A stretch of DNA of 64,000 bases. It comes from Candidatus Poribacteria bacterium (GTDB lineage Bacteria; Poribacteria; WGA-4E; WGA-3G). The notes under the pieces are model-generated. The model was not told the origin of the DNA. It made no database searches and saw nothing but the letters and a program-made list of their open reading frames with translations. Position numbers and translations under genes: made by a program. Positions 27,021-35,868 of this stretch are shown here, piece after piece. Every line of letters starts with the position of its first letter. Positions within the stretch are counted from its first letter, which is position 1. The stretch covers positions 3,382,444 through 3,446,443 of the forward strand of contig CBDBPM010000002.1 of the NCBI GenBank assembly GCA_965208735.1, in the 5' to 3' direction.

Positions 27021-27965
27021 TTAAAACTTAGATTGCCACAGCACTAATTTCACTTCATCTGCTGGTGGTGGTATTGCCCCGAATAAGCCGGAATCTCGAA
27101 TTTCCTGTTGGAGTTTATTACGAAACAGTCTTTCATGCTGTAGGTTAAAGGTTCGGGCAGTCTGGATTCCCTTGTAAATGCTATTCCCATAGAAAAACGC
27201 GCCGAGTATTCCGATAGGGACAGCGACTTCGTAACGTCCTCGGTCAGCGTAGTAGAAACTCGCACCTCCCAGCACTGCGACGCTAACAAACGTATAGAGT
27301 CCGTCAACGGTTTGTCCTGTATAAATCTGTCCACTGCCCGGGACGAACACTGAAAGCACACCCGCAATCGTTGGGGAACGGCGCGGCAAATTCTCGGCAT
27401 CTTTTACCTTCTCTGCTAATCTATTGCTAACCTCAGCAAAAGGGCTCGCTGGGTAGGTTAAAGAGACATCGTTCCACACTTGGCGCGCTTGTGTCCATTC
27501 CCTTTTATCTATGTGTACGACTCCAATTGTAAAGTGTGCGCGCGGTGCCAAGTCACTCTCGGTGTGTTCCTCAAGAAATCGTTTTAGCGATGAAAGTCCC
27601 TGTTTACTATTGCCTAACAGGATATGGCATTGTGCAATATTGTTCTTGCACCGCGCCACAAGACTACTTTCCGGATAGGTATCAATCAGAAATTGGTAGG
27701 CGCGAATTGCGTTTTTCAATTTGCCTGCGTTCTGGTAGGATGCGGCAACGCGAAAAGCTATAAAATCGCTTTGAGGGGTATCAGGATGTAGAAAAAGGAG
27801 TCGTTTATATTCGTGGGCGGCGTTGAGATAGTCGCCTTCTTGGAAAAGTGAATCTGCAAAAGCGGATTCTGCTGCCGCGGACGGTGGAGCCGTGCTAAAA
27901 AAAACAAAATATAGGGTGCAGCTTACAAGGGCATATCGCACTGAGGTAGGACAGAGGGTTTTCAT
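27021..27965 (-). CDS. TPR (BamD/YbgF-like) protein with C-terminal PGSGQ-Y membrane module (paralog A)
   Basis: Same architecture, with LSVFVPGSGQIYTGQTVDGLYTFVSVAVLGGASFYY. ATG 27965 forms an ATGA overlap with the cvpA-like stop. The stop lies 1 nt before the start of the next gene. Confidence 0.65.
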   Translation of the reverse strand: MKTLCPTSVRYALVSCTLYFVFFSTAPPSAAAESAFADSLFQEGDYLNAAHEYKRLLFLHPDTPQSDFIAFRVAASYQNAGKLKNAIRAYQFLIDTYPESSLVARCKNNIAQCHILLGNSKQGLSSLKRFLEEHTESDLAPRAHFTIGVVHIDKREWTQARQVWNDVSLTYPASPFAEVSNRLAEKVKDAENLPRRSPTIAGVLSVFVPGSGQIYTGQTVDGLYTFVSVAVLGGASFYYADRGRYEVAVPIGILGAFFYGNSIYKGIQTARTFNLQHERLFRNKLQQEIRDSGLFGAIPPPADEVKLVLWQSKF

Positions 27966-28456
27966 TCGGTGTCGAGTTGTTTTTGCATATGTTCTTTGCT
28001 GACTGCCCAAACGTTATTACCAATATCTATGAGTTGTGGGGCAAAACGAGAGTTTGAAATTTCGCTCTTGAAGCCATCGCCACCGTATGTATTTAAAAGA
28101 ATGAGTGCGAAAGCAATAACAAGCGCACCAGAAGCGATACCGAAGCAGACTCCTAATAGACGGTTTGCCCAACCTAAGACCCCTTTTTCAAGGATACGCT
28201 GGATACGTTCACAGAGCGAGTCAACGAGAATAGAAACGACAAGGATAATGGCAACAATGCTCAACCATTTCGTCCAAATGGGATTTGATATGAGTTTCTG
28301 AAGAAGTGCCGCGAGTTGATGCCAAAATTGGCATGCCGCGAAAAATCCCACGCCAATTACGAATACACCCCAAACACTTCGGGTGAAACCTGCACGGCAA
28401 CAACTTATGCCTGCCAGTCCAACAAGGATGAGGATGCCGATGTCGAGTTTCGTCAT
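27962..28456 (-). CDS. CvpA family membrane protein
   Basis: 164 aa, four hydrophobic helices. N-terminal LDIGILILVGLAGISCCRAGFTRSV is typical of colicin V production protein family members. Confidence 0.65.
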   Translation of the reverse strand: MTKLDIGILILVGLAGISCCRAGFTRSVWGVFVIGVGFFAACQFWHQLAALLQKLISNPIWTKWLSIVAIILVVSILVDSLCERIQRILEKGVLGWANRLLGVCFGIASGALVIAFALILLNTYGGDGFKSEISNSRFAPQLIDIGNNVWAVSKEHMQKQLDTE

Positions 28457-28498
28457 TGTTTATGGGTGTTTTTGTCTGAGAAGCCTACAATTCGCGCC

Positions 28499-29560
28499 CT
28501 AAGCGGTATCTACAAAGGGGATTTCCTTCAGAGTTAGCCCTAAACTCTGCTCAATTGCTGTCTCTATAGGAATATGGTTACCTAATTGATGAAGCAGCTC
28601 GCGAATCTTCGGGAGGCCGAATTGCTGAATAAGATATTCAACGATTGCTGTGGATTGGATATATGCCAATTTCCGATATTTCGTAGAAAGTTGGCTAAAC
28701 GGTTCGCTCAGTGCGGCAAAGGGGAGCAAGCACTTCGTTTGGACCGACTGTTGCAAATTGAGGCGTTCGGATTGGAACATAGGACGTGCAATGCTTTGTG
28801 CCAGTCCTTCATCGAGCCATATAGGGCAATGCCCGTTCGTTAGGTGATGGACCAGTAGATGGACCCATTCATGCCGAAGCAGGGCGTATAAGATGCCCAG
28901 AACAGGTTCACTCACTGCACAGTATACCAATTGGATACTACCATCGTAGCAACCACTCGCCCAATTCGGCAGCAAACGTTGCGATAGTTCGGTACCGTTT
29001 GTATTTGTAATTGAGATGGGTACGCGAGATAGGGGATAGTGCCCAAGCATTTCACCGAGTTCCCCATAGGTTCGATGAATCAGTCGACAGATATTCCACA
29101 CTGTCTCGGAGTGCATCGCGGAATGACAGGTCAGACTGAAAAATTCGGAATTTATGGTGTATTTGGGTGGGACTGTAGCGTCCGGCACCAACCGTTCAAG
29201 GAATTCTTGGGGTGGCGGTTCCCGCAAATCATTTGAACAGACCAACGCCTCATAACACGCTTTCTCATCAAGGATACGTGCCTTACGTCTCAGGGCTGTC
29301 GGTGAATCTGGACACAACTGAAGTGCGATATCTAGGCATGCCAATGCTGTATCCCATTCTCCAACCATCTCGTATGCTTTTGCGAGATCGGCATAGATAT
29401 AGTGATGCTGGGCTGCACCCAATTTCAAGCCGGCGAGATAGTGTTGGATGGCTTCAACATAGCAAGCTTGTCCGTAACTAACCGTTGCTTGTCGGAAATG
29501 CGACAATGCTAATGAATTGGTATGCCTTAGATGCACTACTTTCATAAGGAACAGGGGCAT
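28499..29560 (-). CDS. TPR-containing putative zinc metallopeptidase (peptidase MA-like, HExxH)
   Basis: LLRHEWVHLLVHH (HExxH) followed by PIWLDEGLAQSIA. N-terminal TPRs. ATG 29560 with GGAGG upstream, or alternatively TTG 29578. Confidence 0.65.
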   Translation of the reverse strand: MPLFLMKVVHLRHTNSLALSHFRQATVSYGQACYVEAIQHYLAGLKLGAAQHHYIYADLAKAYEMVGEWDTALACLDIALQLCPDSPTALRRKARILDEKACYEALVCSNDLREPPPQEFLERLVPDATVPPKYTINSEFFSLTCHSAMHSETVWNICRLIHRTYGELGEMLGHYPLSRVPISITNTNGTELSQRLLPNWASGCYDGSIQLVYCAVSEPVLGILYALLRHEWVHLLVHHLTNGHCPIWLDEGLAQSIARPMFQSERLNLQQSVQTKCLLPFAALSEPFSQLSTKYRKLAYIQSTAIVEYLIQQFGLPKIRELLHQLGNHIPIETAIEQSLGLTLKEIPFVDTA

Positions 29561-29605
29561 TAAATGCTCTACCTCCAATGCACACCTGATCCTTCTCCCA
29601 TATAG

Positions 29606-30244
29606 CTATGAACGTTCAATGTCAACGACTTTGAAACTAATTTTTCCACACTTCAGGGTAGAGCCATCTTGAACAGGAGTAGACGTTTCAATACGCTCGT
29701 TATCAAGATAAGTCGCGTTAGAACTGCCTAAATCTGTGACGTATACCTCATCATCCTTCTGCTCAAACCGAACGTGCAAACGGGAAAGTGTCCGGATCGC
29801 ATCGTAACGTTTTAACATTTCAGGAGATGTAGGTGATTGTTCAGTGTCCCACTGTTGCAGTGCATCCGCGTTCGGTAAAGACGCGTCTACCTGCATAATT
29901 TCGGTGGTTTCGTTACCCATACCTTGTGGACTATACCCGAATTGCGGCTGCAGCCCGTCCGGTGCATCGCTCCGAATTCCTGCCATGACCCGTTCGCGGG
30001 CGCGCTGTTGACTGCCCGGCGGTAACATGACGTTCTCTCTTTCCTCGAAGCGGTAGTGTGAAAAATCGATTAATTGTTTCAACGGCTGAAGTTCCGGGAA
30101 ACTGTTGATCTCCTTCAAAAGACGTTTCTGCTTACGCGAGAGCTTTTCATTTTTCAGCCAGCGCGTATAAGCTTCCAGCATCTCTGCCTTCTTAAGGTCG
30201 TCTGCTGAGATCCCAGCCTTCCGCCATTTCTTCCAGAAGCGCAT
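29606..30244 (-). CDS. FHA domain protein (candidate sigma-factor partner)
   Basis: C-terminal LHVRFEQKDDEVYVTDLGSSNATYLDNERIE...GSTLKCGKISFKV has the FHA signature. Starts 16 nt downstream of the ECF sigma gene. Confidence 0.6.
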   Translation of the reverse strand: MRFWKKWRKAGISADDLKKAEMLEAYTRWLKNEKLSRKQKRLLKEINSFPELQPLKQLIDFSHYRFEERENVMLPPGSQQRARERVMAGIRSDAPDGLQPQFGYSPQGMGNETTEIMQVDASLPNADALQQWDTEQSPTSPEMLKRYDAIRTLSRLHVRFEQKDDEVYVTDLGSSNATYLDNERIETSTPVQDGSTLKCGKISFKVVDIERS

Positions 30245-30260
30245 TAGTTAATCCTCCAAA

Positions 30261-30881
30261 TTAGTAAATCCACTGGATGCCTTTAGCAACCAGAATTTTC
30301 CGCAATTCTTCTGTACACCGAAAAATCCAGATCTTCACAGTTCCTTCTTTTCGGTTAAGAATACGGGCAATCTCTGCAATACTGTAACCTTCTAAATGCC
30401 GCAGCATCCACGCAATCCGATGATTGGATTTTGTGACCTGTTCAAGGGCACTCTCCAAAATCTGTTGTGCTTCTACGGTTTCTAATTCTTGTTCGGGGCC
30501 TGAGTATGGATCCTCATATTTGCTCAACGGCTGTTCATCTTCGTCAGGTGAACCGCTGAGTGGATGTTCCCGAATCCTATTCCGTTTTCGTATTGCATCG
30601 ATGATGGTATTTCGAGCCACCATGTTTAACCATGCTTGAAAACTACCTTTTTCTGCGTCCCATTTGTTTTTGTTTAGCTTCTGCCAAACCTTAATGAATA
30701 CATCTGAGGCAACCTCCTCTGTATCCTGGTAATTTCCAAGCATTCGGTAGGCTTTATTGTAAACCCATTTGTAATGCTTGTCGAACAATTGCCTAAACGC
30801 GGCGTCATTGCCTGCTTTCGCTTGCGTCGCGAGATAGGTGTCTTCGACAGCAGATAAATCATTAGGTGTTTGGCGCGCCAT
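30261..30881 (-). CDS. RNA polymerase ECF-type sigma-70 factor
   Basis: Region 2 (FRQLFDKHYKWVYNKAYRML...DVFIKVWQKL) and region 4 HTH (YSIAEIARILNRKEGTVKIWIFRCTEELRKIL). Confidence 0.85.
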   Translation of the reverse strand: MARQTPNDLSAVEDTYLATQAKAGNDAAFRQLFDKHYKWVYNKAYRMLGNYQDTEEVASDVFIKVWQKLNKNKWDAEKGSFQAWLNMVARNTIIDAIRKRNRIREHPLSGSPDEDEQPLSKYEDPYSGPEQELETVEAQQILESALEQVTKSNHRIAWMLRHLEGYSIAEIARILNRKEGTVKIWIFRCTEELRKILVAKGIQWIY

Positions 30882-31024
30882 TATAATCTGCTCCTTCGCC
30901 TATAAGTATCCTTACTTAGCAGGCTACACGATATAACGTTAACATGGTTCATCGCGTTTCAAAAAAGACGAAAAAAGTGGCACGCCCTCGAAAACTAATG
31001 CGCTACCAACATTTGCTATAATTT

Positions 31025-31054
31025 ATTGTAACAAATTGTCGCAAAATATGTCAA
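31025..31054 (-). promoter_or_regulatory. sigma70-type promoter candidate for the ECF sigma operon
   Basis: On the minus strand: TTGACA (31054-31049), 18 nt spacer, TACAAT (31030-25) preceded by TGT. About 140 nt upstream of the start at 30881. Confidence 0.45.
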
Positions 31055-31188
31055 GAAAAATATTTTTTTAGAATTTCTGGGGAACCGCCTATAGGTTCAC
31101 AGGCGACATAAAAGTAAATATTGTAATTCTTTAAATTGCACGCACTATACGGGAATCCTTATCTACGTCACAAAATCTCGGTACGCGC

Positions 31189-32067
31189 TTAGCGGACACT
31201 TGCAAGGACAATCCGTTCTTTCTCGGCATAGTCCTTGAGCAGTTCGCATGTGCAGTAGGCGGGTTCGGCATCGATCAATGCTCGGACTGTATCACCTTGT
31301 GTATCACCGATTTCAAGGATGAGTTTTCCGTTCGGTGCGAGGTATTCAGGAGCTTCAGCAATTAATCGACGAATCACAGCGAGACCGTCGTCGCCAGCAA
31401 AGAGGGCAATCTCTGGCTCATAGTCACGGACATCTGGGCTCAGGGTATCCCATTTGGTCTTTTTGACATACGGCGGATTGCAGACTATCCAATCAAATCG
31501 AATGTCTCCGACAGGGTTTACCGTTTTTATGGGGTCAAATAGATCACCGGACAGAAATTTGATTTGTGCCGTGGGGGCGTGTGTGTCGGCGTTTTTCTCG
31601 GCGACTTCAAGGGCGGGTTCAGAAATATCTGTTGCAATAATGTCCCATTTCGGTTGGTGCACTGCAAGACTCGTAGCGATGACACCACTCCCAGTACCGA
31701 GTTCCAGTAGACGTTCAGAATTCCCTGTTTTTTCTTTGAGAATCGTTTCAACAAGCTGCTCTGTCTCAGGTCTCGGAATGAGAACCCGTTCATCGACATA
31801 GAAGTCTAACGACATGAACTCTTTTCGATTCGTTAAGTAACTAACAGGTGTGTGCTCGATGCGTTTTTTTATCAGTTCTCGATACGGTGTGAGATGTTCT
31901 TGGAAGACAGGCATTTCAAAGTGGAGATAGAGTTCCAAACGGCTTCTTTCGAGTAGATGTGCGAGCAAAACTTCAGCGTCTAATCTCGGATTTGAGATGC
32001 CGTGCTGTTCAAAATACCGCGTTGTCCAATCGAGTAAATCTACGACACGCCACATTTTATTAGGCAT
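31189..32067 (-). CDS. prmC: peptide chain release factor N5-glutamine methyltransferase
   Basis: LELGTGSGVIA (SAM motif) and IVCNPPYV (NPPY). Immediately downstream of prfA. Confidence 0.9.
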   Translation of the reverse strand: MPNKMWRVVDLLDWTTRYFEQHGISNPRLDAEVLLAHLLERSRLELYLHFEMPVFQEHLTPYRELIKKRIEHTPVSYLTNRKEFMSLDFYVDERVLIPRPETEQLVETILKEKTGNSERLLELGTGSGVIATSLAVHQPKWDIIATDISEPALEVAEKNADTHAPTAQIKFLSGDLFDPIKTVNPVGDIRFDWIVCNPPYVKKTKWDTLSPDVRDYEPEIALFAGDDGLAVIRRLIAEAPEYLAPNGKLILEIGDTQGDTVRALIDAEPAYCTCELLKDYAEKERIVLASVR

Positions 32068-32093
32068 AGTCTGTGTCCTTTAGTCGGCGTGCT

Positions 32094-33161
32094 TTAAGTC
32101 TCTTTCAACTTTTCTGCTTGATCGGCGGTCGTTAACTGCTCGATAAATGCTCCTAAATCACCGTCTACAACGGCATTAAGTTGATAGGAGCTAAAGTGGA
32201 TACGGTGATCCGTTACACGAGATTGTGGAAAATTGTAAGTGCGAATTTTCTCGCTTCTGTCGCCACTTCCAACCATAGAGCGTCGCGTTTCGGCTCTCTC
32301 GCTGTTAATCTCAGCCTGTTTTTGCTCTTGGAGGCGTGCGCGGAGAATTTTCATCGCCTTGGAACGGTTCTTATGCTGGGATTTTTCGTCTTGGCAGGTT
32401 ACAACGAGTCCTGTTGGTAGGTGTGTGATTCGGATAGCGGAGTCGGTTGTGTTAACGCTTTGGCCACCGGGACCTGAGGAGCGATAGGTATCAATTCGCA
32501 ATTCAGTCGCTTCATCGATTGCCAGATCAAGTTCTTCCGCTTCAGGGAGCACAGCTACCGTGGCAGCAGAAGTATGGATACGTCCGCTCGTCTCTGTCGT
32601 AGGAATTCGCTGAACACGATGTATACCGCCTTCGTATTTCAGGTGGCTATAGGCACGTGTCCCTTCAATGGAGAAAATAACTTCTTTAAAGCCTTTTAAT
32701 CCCGTTGGATTTGCGCTGAGGAGTTCAACTTTCCAATTCTGCCGTTCCGCGTAGCGGGTATACATCCGAAACAATTCAGCTGCAAAGAGACTGGCTTCTT
32801 CTCCACCCGTGCCTGCCCGAATTTCGATGATAACATTCTTTTCATCGTTTGGATCTTTTGGGATGAGAAGCATCTTGAGTTCTTCAGTCAATGCCTCTTT
32901 TTTCGTAGTGAGGCTGTCCAATTCCTCCTGCGCCAATCCAACCATGTCTGCATCAATTTCTGATTCTATCAAAAAGAGCGTCTCCTCAAGCGTGGATTCT
33001 AATTGCTGGTACTCCTGATAAGCTGATACGATTGGCGAAAGTTCCGCGTGGGTTTTGGAGAGCTCTATTAACCGTTGCTGATTTGAAATTTGCGCTGGAT
33101 CTCCAAGTGCTTTTTCAACTTCAGCATATTTAGTTTCGATGTCCTTAAGTTTTTCAAGCAT
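32094..33161 (-). CDS. prfA: peptide chain release factor 1
   Basis: [14 protein letters not shown] (PxT codon-recognition loop) and [12 protein letters not shown] (GGQ). Start taken at MLEKLKDIE (33161). Confidence 0.95.
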   Translation of the reverse strand: MLEKLKDIETKYAEVEKALGDPAQISNQQRLIELSKTHAELSPIVSAYQEYQQLESTLEETLFLIESEIDADMVGLAQEELDSLTTKKEALTEELKMLLIPKDPNDEKNVIIEIRAGTGGEEASLFAAELFRMYTRYAERQNWKVELLSANPTGLKGFKEVIFSIEGTRAYSHLKYEGGIHRVQRIPTTETSGRIHTSAATVAVLPEAEELDLAIDEATELRIDTYRSSGPGGQSVNTTDSAIRITHLPTGLVVTCQDEKSQHKNRSKAMKILRARLQEQKQAEINSERAETRRSMVGSGDRSEKIRTYNFPQSRVTDHRIHFSSYQLNAVVDGDLGAFIEQLTTADQAEKLKET

Positions 33162-33243
33162 TGTGGCACCGCTTGCAAGCGAAAGCTTGCTGTTAGCCGT
33201 TAACAAAGTAGAAGTTAGCACATATTTCGATGATAAAAGTGCT

Positions 33244-33291
33244 GCCCGTGTCTATTCTTAGTATATTATATCAACGGCTGATAAGACACGG
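33244..33291 (-). other. 9-bp stem-loop between rpmE and prfA
   Basis: CCCGTGTCT (33244-33252) pairs with AGACACGGG (33283-33291) across a 30-nt AT-rich loop. No clear U-tract, so function is unknown. Confidence 0.3.
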
Positions 33292-33343
33292 GTGCTTCCT
33301 TAGGAATTCTGGTTAATTTGGAATAACGAGTCGAATTGTGTAT

Positions 33344-33571
33344 CTACTCTTCTTCTTCAGTTTCGGTTTCGGTTAACCCATAACGTCGGCGAAAACTTTC
33401 AACACGTCCAGCAGTGTCAATGAATCGCGCCTGTTGTCCAGTGTAGAATGGGTGACATTTTCCACAAATATCTACCCGCATTTGGGGTTGGATAGCGAGC
33501 GTGTTGTGCTGTGCGCCACAAACGCACGTGATAACACTCTCTACCATTTCAGGATGAATTTCAGGTTTCAT
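33344..33571 (-). CDS. rpmE: 50S ribosomal protein L31 (Zn-ribbon type) with acidic C-terminal tail
   Basis: MKPEIHPE...CVCG...[12 protein letters not shown]. The tail is TETETEEEE. Confidence 0.95.
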   Translation of the reverse strand: MKPEIHPEMVESVITCVCGAQHNTLAIQPQMRVDICGKCHPFYTGQQARFIDTAGRVESFRRRYGLTETETEEEE

Positions 33572-33690
33572 GATGTCCTCCCTTAATTTGAGATTTCCGA
33601 ATTGCGAATTTGCTATTCAGTTCGTGTTCCGTCGTATGATTGTCGTCTCGTTTCTGAAGCACAAGGAGCAGGTGTATAGGGATTCCACAC

Positions 33691-35016
33691 CTACCGCTTC
33701 GGACGAGCGTTGATTCTGGATGTGTTGCTGTACGTGGCGTTGTCTACCATTCGTTCGAGGAACTCGGCGTTTGTGCCAGTTTTGCCGAATTGCTCAATCA
33801 GCATTTCGAGTGATTCCGCGTTATCCATTTGGCTTGTGAATTTTCGCAGCACCCAGACTTTGTTAAGTATATCTGGTGCTAACAAAAGCTCTTCACGCCG
33901 TGTTTTTGATTTTTCAATGTTAATCGGTGGATAAATACGGAGATCTAACAAGGCACGCTCCATGTGAATTTCCATGTTGGCGGTGCCTTTAAATTCTTCA
34001 TAGATGTATTCATCTTGGCGGCTTTCCGTATCAACCAGGACAGTTGCGATGACCGTTAGACTCCCGCCTTCTTCAAATTTTCGGGCTGCGCCGCAGAATT
34101 GGCGTGGCTTCACGAATGCCATAGCATCTAAGCCGCCACTCAATGTTTTGCCGCTGTGAGGTGTCATAACATTGTGGGCACGTGCCAATCGGGTCATGCT
34201 ATCTAATAACACAACGACATCTTTCCCGTACTCTGCCCAGCGTTTTGCCTTTTCAATCGCCATTTCTGCAACTTGAATGTGGCGTTCAGGATGTTCGTCG
34301 AAGGTGGAGCTAATGACTTCACCTTTGACGGAGCGTGCGACATCCGTAACTTCCTCCGGGCGTTCATCGATCAGTAGAAAGATGAGGGAGATTTCTGGAT
34401 GGTTCGCTTCAATACCGGCGGCAATATTCTTCAGCAGTGTCGTTTTTCCACTATAAGGCGGAGCGACGATCAACCCGCGTTGCCCTTTACCGATGGGTGC
34501 TATTAGATCCATCATCCGGGTTCCGAATTCTGACTGGTTGTGTTCCAGTTTCAATTGTTCGTACGGATGGATAGGGGTGAGGTTATTGAAAAGAATTTTC
34601 TGTTTGACAGCTTCCGGTGGCTCTCCGTTGACCTTCTCAATTTGTAACATTGCGAAGTAACGTTCTGCCTTATTCTCTGTCTTCTTAGGCGGCCGGATTA
34701 CACCTTCAACGACGTGCCCTGTCTGTAAATCAAAGCGCCTAATTTGCGATGAGGACACGTAAATATCCTCGTTGCTCTGCAAATAGTTGGAGCGCGATGA
34801 ACGGAGAAAACCGTAGTGTTGATCCCGGTCATCTAAGATTTCCAGGACACCTCCCCCATAAAATTGGATGTCTCCCTCAGATTTAGCCTCTATGATTTCG
34901 TTAATCAATTCCTCTTTCCGAGACCCACTGTATTCGTTCACTCCGAGAGTCAGCGCAAGATCTTTGAGTTCCGAGAACTCCATTTCTTGGAGCTTGCCAA
35001 TGTCCAAGCTCTCCAT
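33691..35016 (-). CDS. rho: transcription termination factor Rho
   Basis: N-terminal L-EL--LA motif, RNA-binding domain ([17 protein letters not shown]) and Walker [19 protein letters not shown]. Confidence 0.95.
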   Translation of the reverse strand: MESLDIGKLQEMEFSELKDLALTLGVNEYSGSRKEELINEIIEAKSEGDIQFYGGGVLEILDDRDQHYGFLRSSRSNYLQSNEDIYVSSSQIRRFDLQTGHVVEGVIRPPKKTENKAERYFAMLQIEKVNGEPPEAVKQKILFNNLTPIHPYEQLKLEHNQSEFGTRMMDLIAPIGKGQRGLIVAPPYSGKTTLLKNIAAGIEANHPEISLIFLLIDERPEEVTDVARSVKGEVISSTFDEHPERHIQVAEMAIEKAKRWAEYGKDVVVLLDSMTRLARAHNVMTPHSGKTLSGGLDAMAFVKPRQFCGAARKFEEGGSLTVIATVLVDTESRQDEYIYEEFKGTANMEIHMERALLDLRIYPPINIEKSKTRREELLLAPDILNKVWVLRKFTSQMDNAESLEMLIEQFGKTGTNAEFLERMVDNATYSNTSRINARPKR

Positions 35017-35719
35017 AGTTTCTAATACTCCTCATTGTGCCCGGTTCCAAGTAATCGTTTCACCGTGGTGTTCATCCAACAGTCTAACAAATTCTTTGTG
35101 CCTACTCAAATATGCGATCTGTTAAGATGTGTTCGCAAAAAGCAGGATACGAAGAAGGGGTTAAAATGGAATCGGGGCTGATCCTATAGAATAATTTACT
35201 AATGTTGGTTTCTATCGTTTTCGGTGCGCGGTTGAAACCACGTCTACCGGGTTCTCCAAAAATGCTCTTTTCATAAAGCAGCATACGGAAACTAAGGTAC
35301 GAAGACCGGATTTTCCTAAAAGCCGGTTAAACTGGTATGATACCCGAACCGAATGCATGAAACTTCTGAAGATGCGCTTGCAAGCGGCCCGCTAGGCCGT
35401 TGAGATACGCAACGAGGCAAAATGCGAGGTATAAAGGGGTATCGGTGGAGTAGGTGCAATGTTGCCCGCGGGAATGTTTCTTGTATGGTTGCGTTGCAAT
35501 GCATGCCAGAAGATCGTCTCAATCTGAAGGTAGTGCTTCCTTGTTTCCATATTATTACGAAACATATTGAAGCGAATGTCGCATACATCACCTTGCAGCC
35601 AGGGACTCATTTCCTCTAAGCGCGCTTTTCTCAGGAATTGCACAATTTTGCCAAGGGAGATCTGCGAACTTTACCCTTAAAGCATGCTTGCGCTAGGAAG
35701 TTAAGAACTTTAATCATTA

Positions 35720-35748
35720 ATTATACACGATTGACTGTAAAAGGTCAA
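35720..35748 (-). promoter_or_regulatory. near-consensus sigma70 promoter about 700 nt upstream of rho
   Basis: On the minus strand: TTGACC (35748-43), 17 nt spacer, TATAAT (35725-20). Confidence 0.5.
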
Positions 35749-35839
35749 GTTTTTTTTCAAAAAAAAGTTAATTATGCCCAAAAAATCGTGATGTGTAGGT
35801 GCAGTTTCGAACGTGCGCCATTGGAAAATAAGGGTTGCA

Positions 35840-35860
35840 AGTGCGGCTTTCAACCGCACT
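35840..35860 (-). terminator. weak intrinsic terminator candidate after the TPR lipoprotein gene
   Basis: AGTGCGG/CCGCACT 7-bp stem with a 7-nt loop, a few nt after stop 35869. The U-rich stretch (TTATTTTCC) is displaced by about 9 nt. Confidence 0.3.
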
Positions 35861-35868
35861 TTGTTGAT

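Noticed and set aside
35174-35200. GGGGCTGATCC... resembles the canonical 5' end of tmRNA (GGGGCUGAU).
   Set aside because: No matching 3' acceptor/T-arm (GGTTCGAATCC...CCACCA) within about 400 nt on the same strand. No tag-peptide reading frame ending in a resume/stop context. The minus-strand CTCCACC at about 35440 lacks a T-arm.
35316-35643. Minus-strand ORFs of 83 and 91 aa inside the rho upstream region as possible small proteins.
   Set aside because: No Shine-Dalgarno sequences. One has a GTG start. The two overlap each other in different frames. Composition is Cys/His/Arg-rich and unlike the neighbouring genes.
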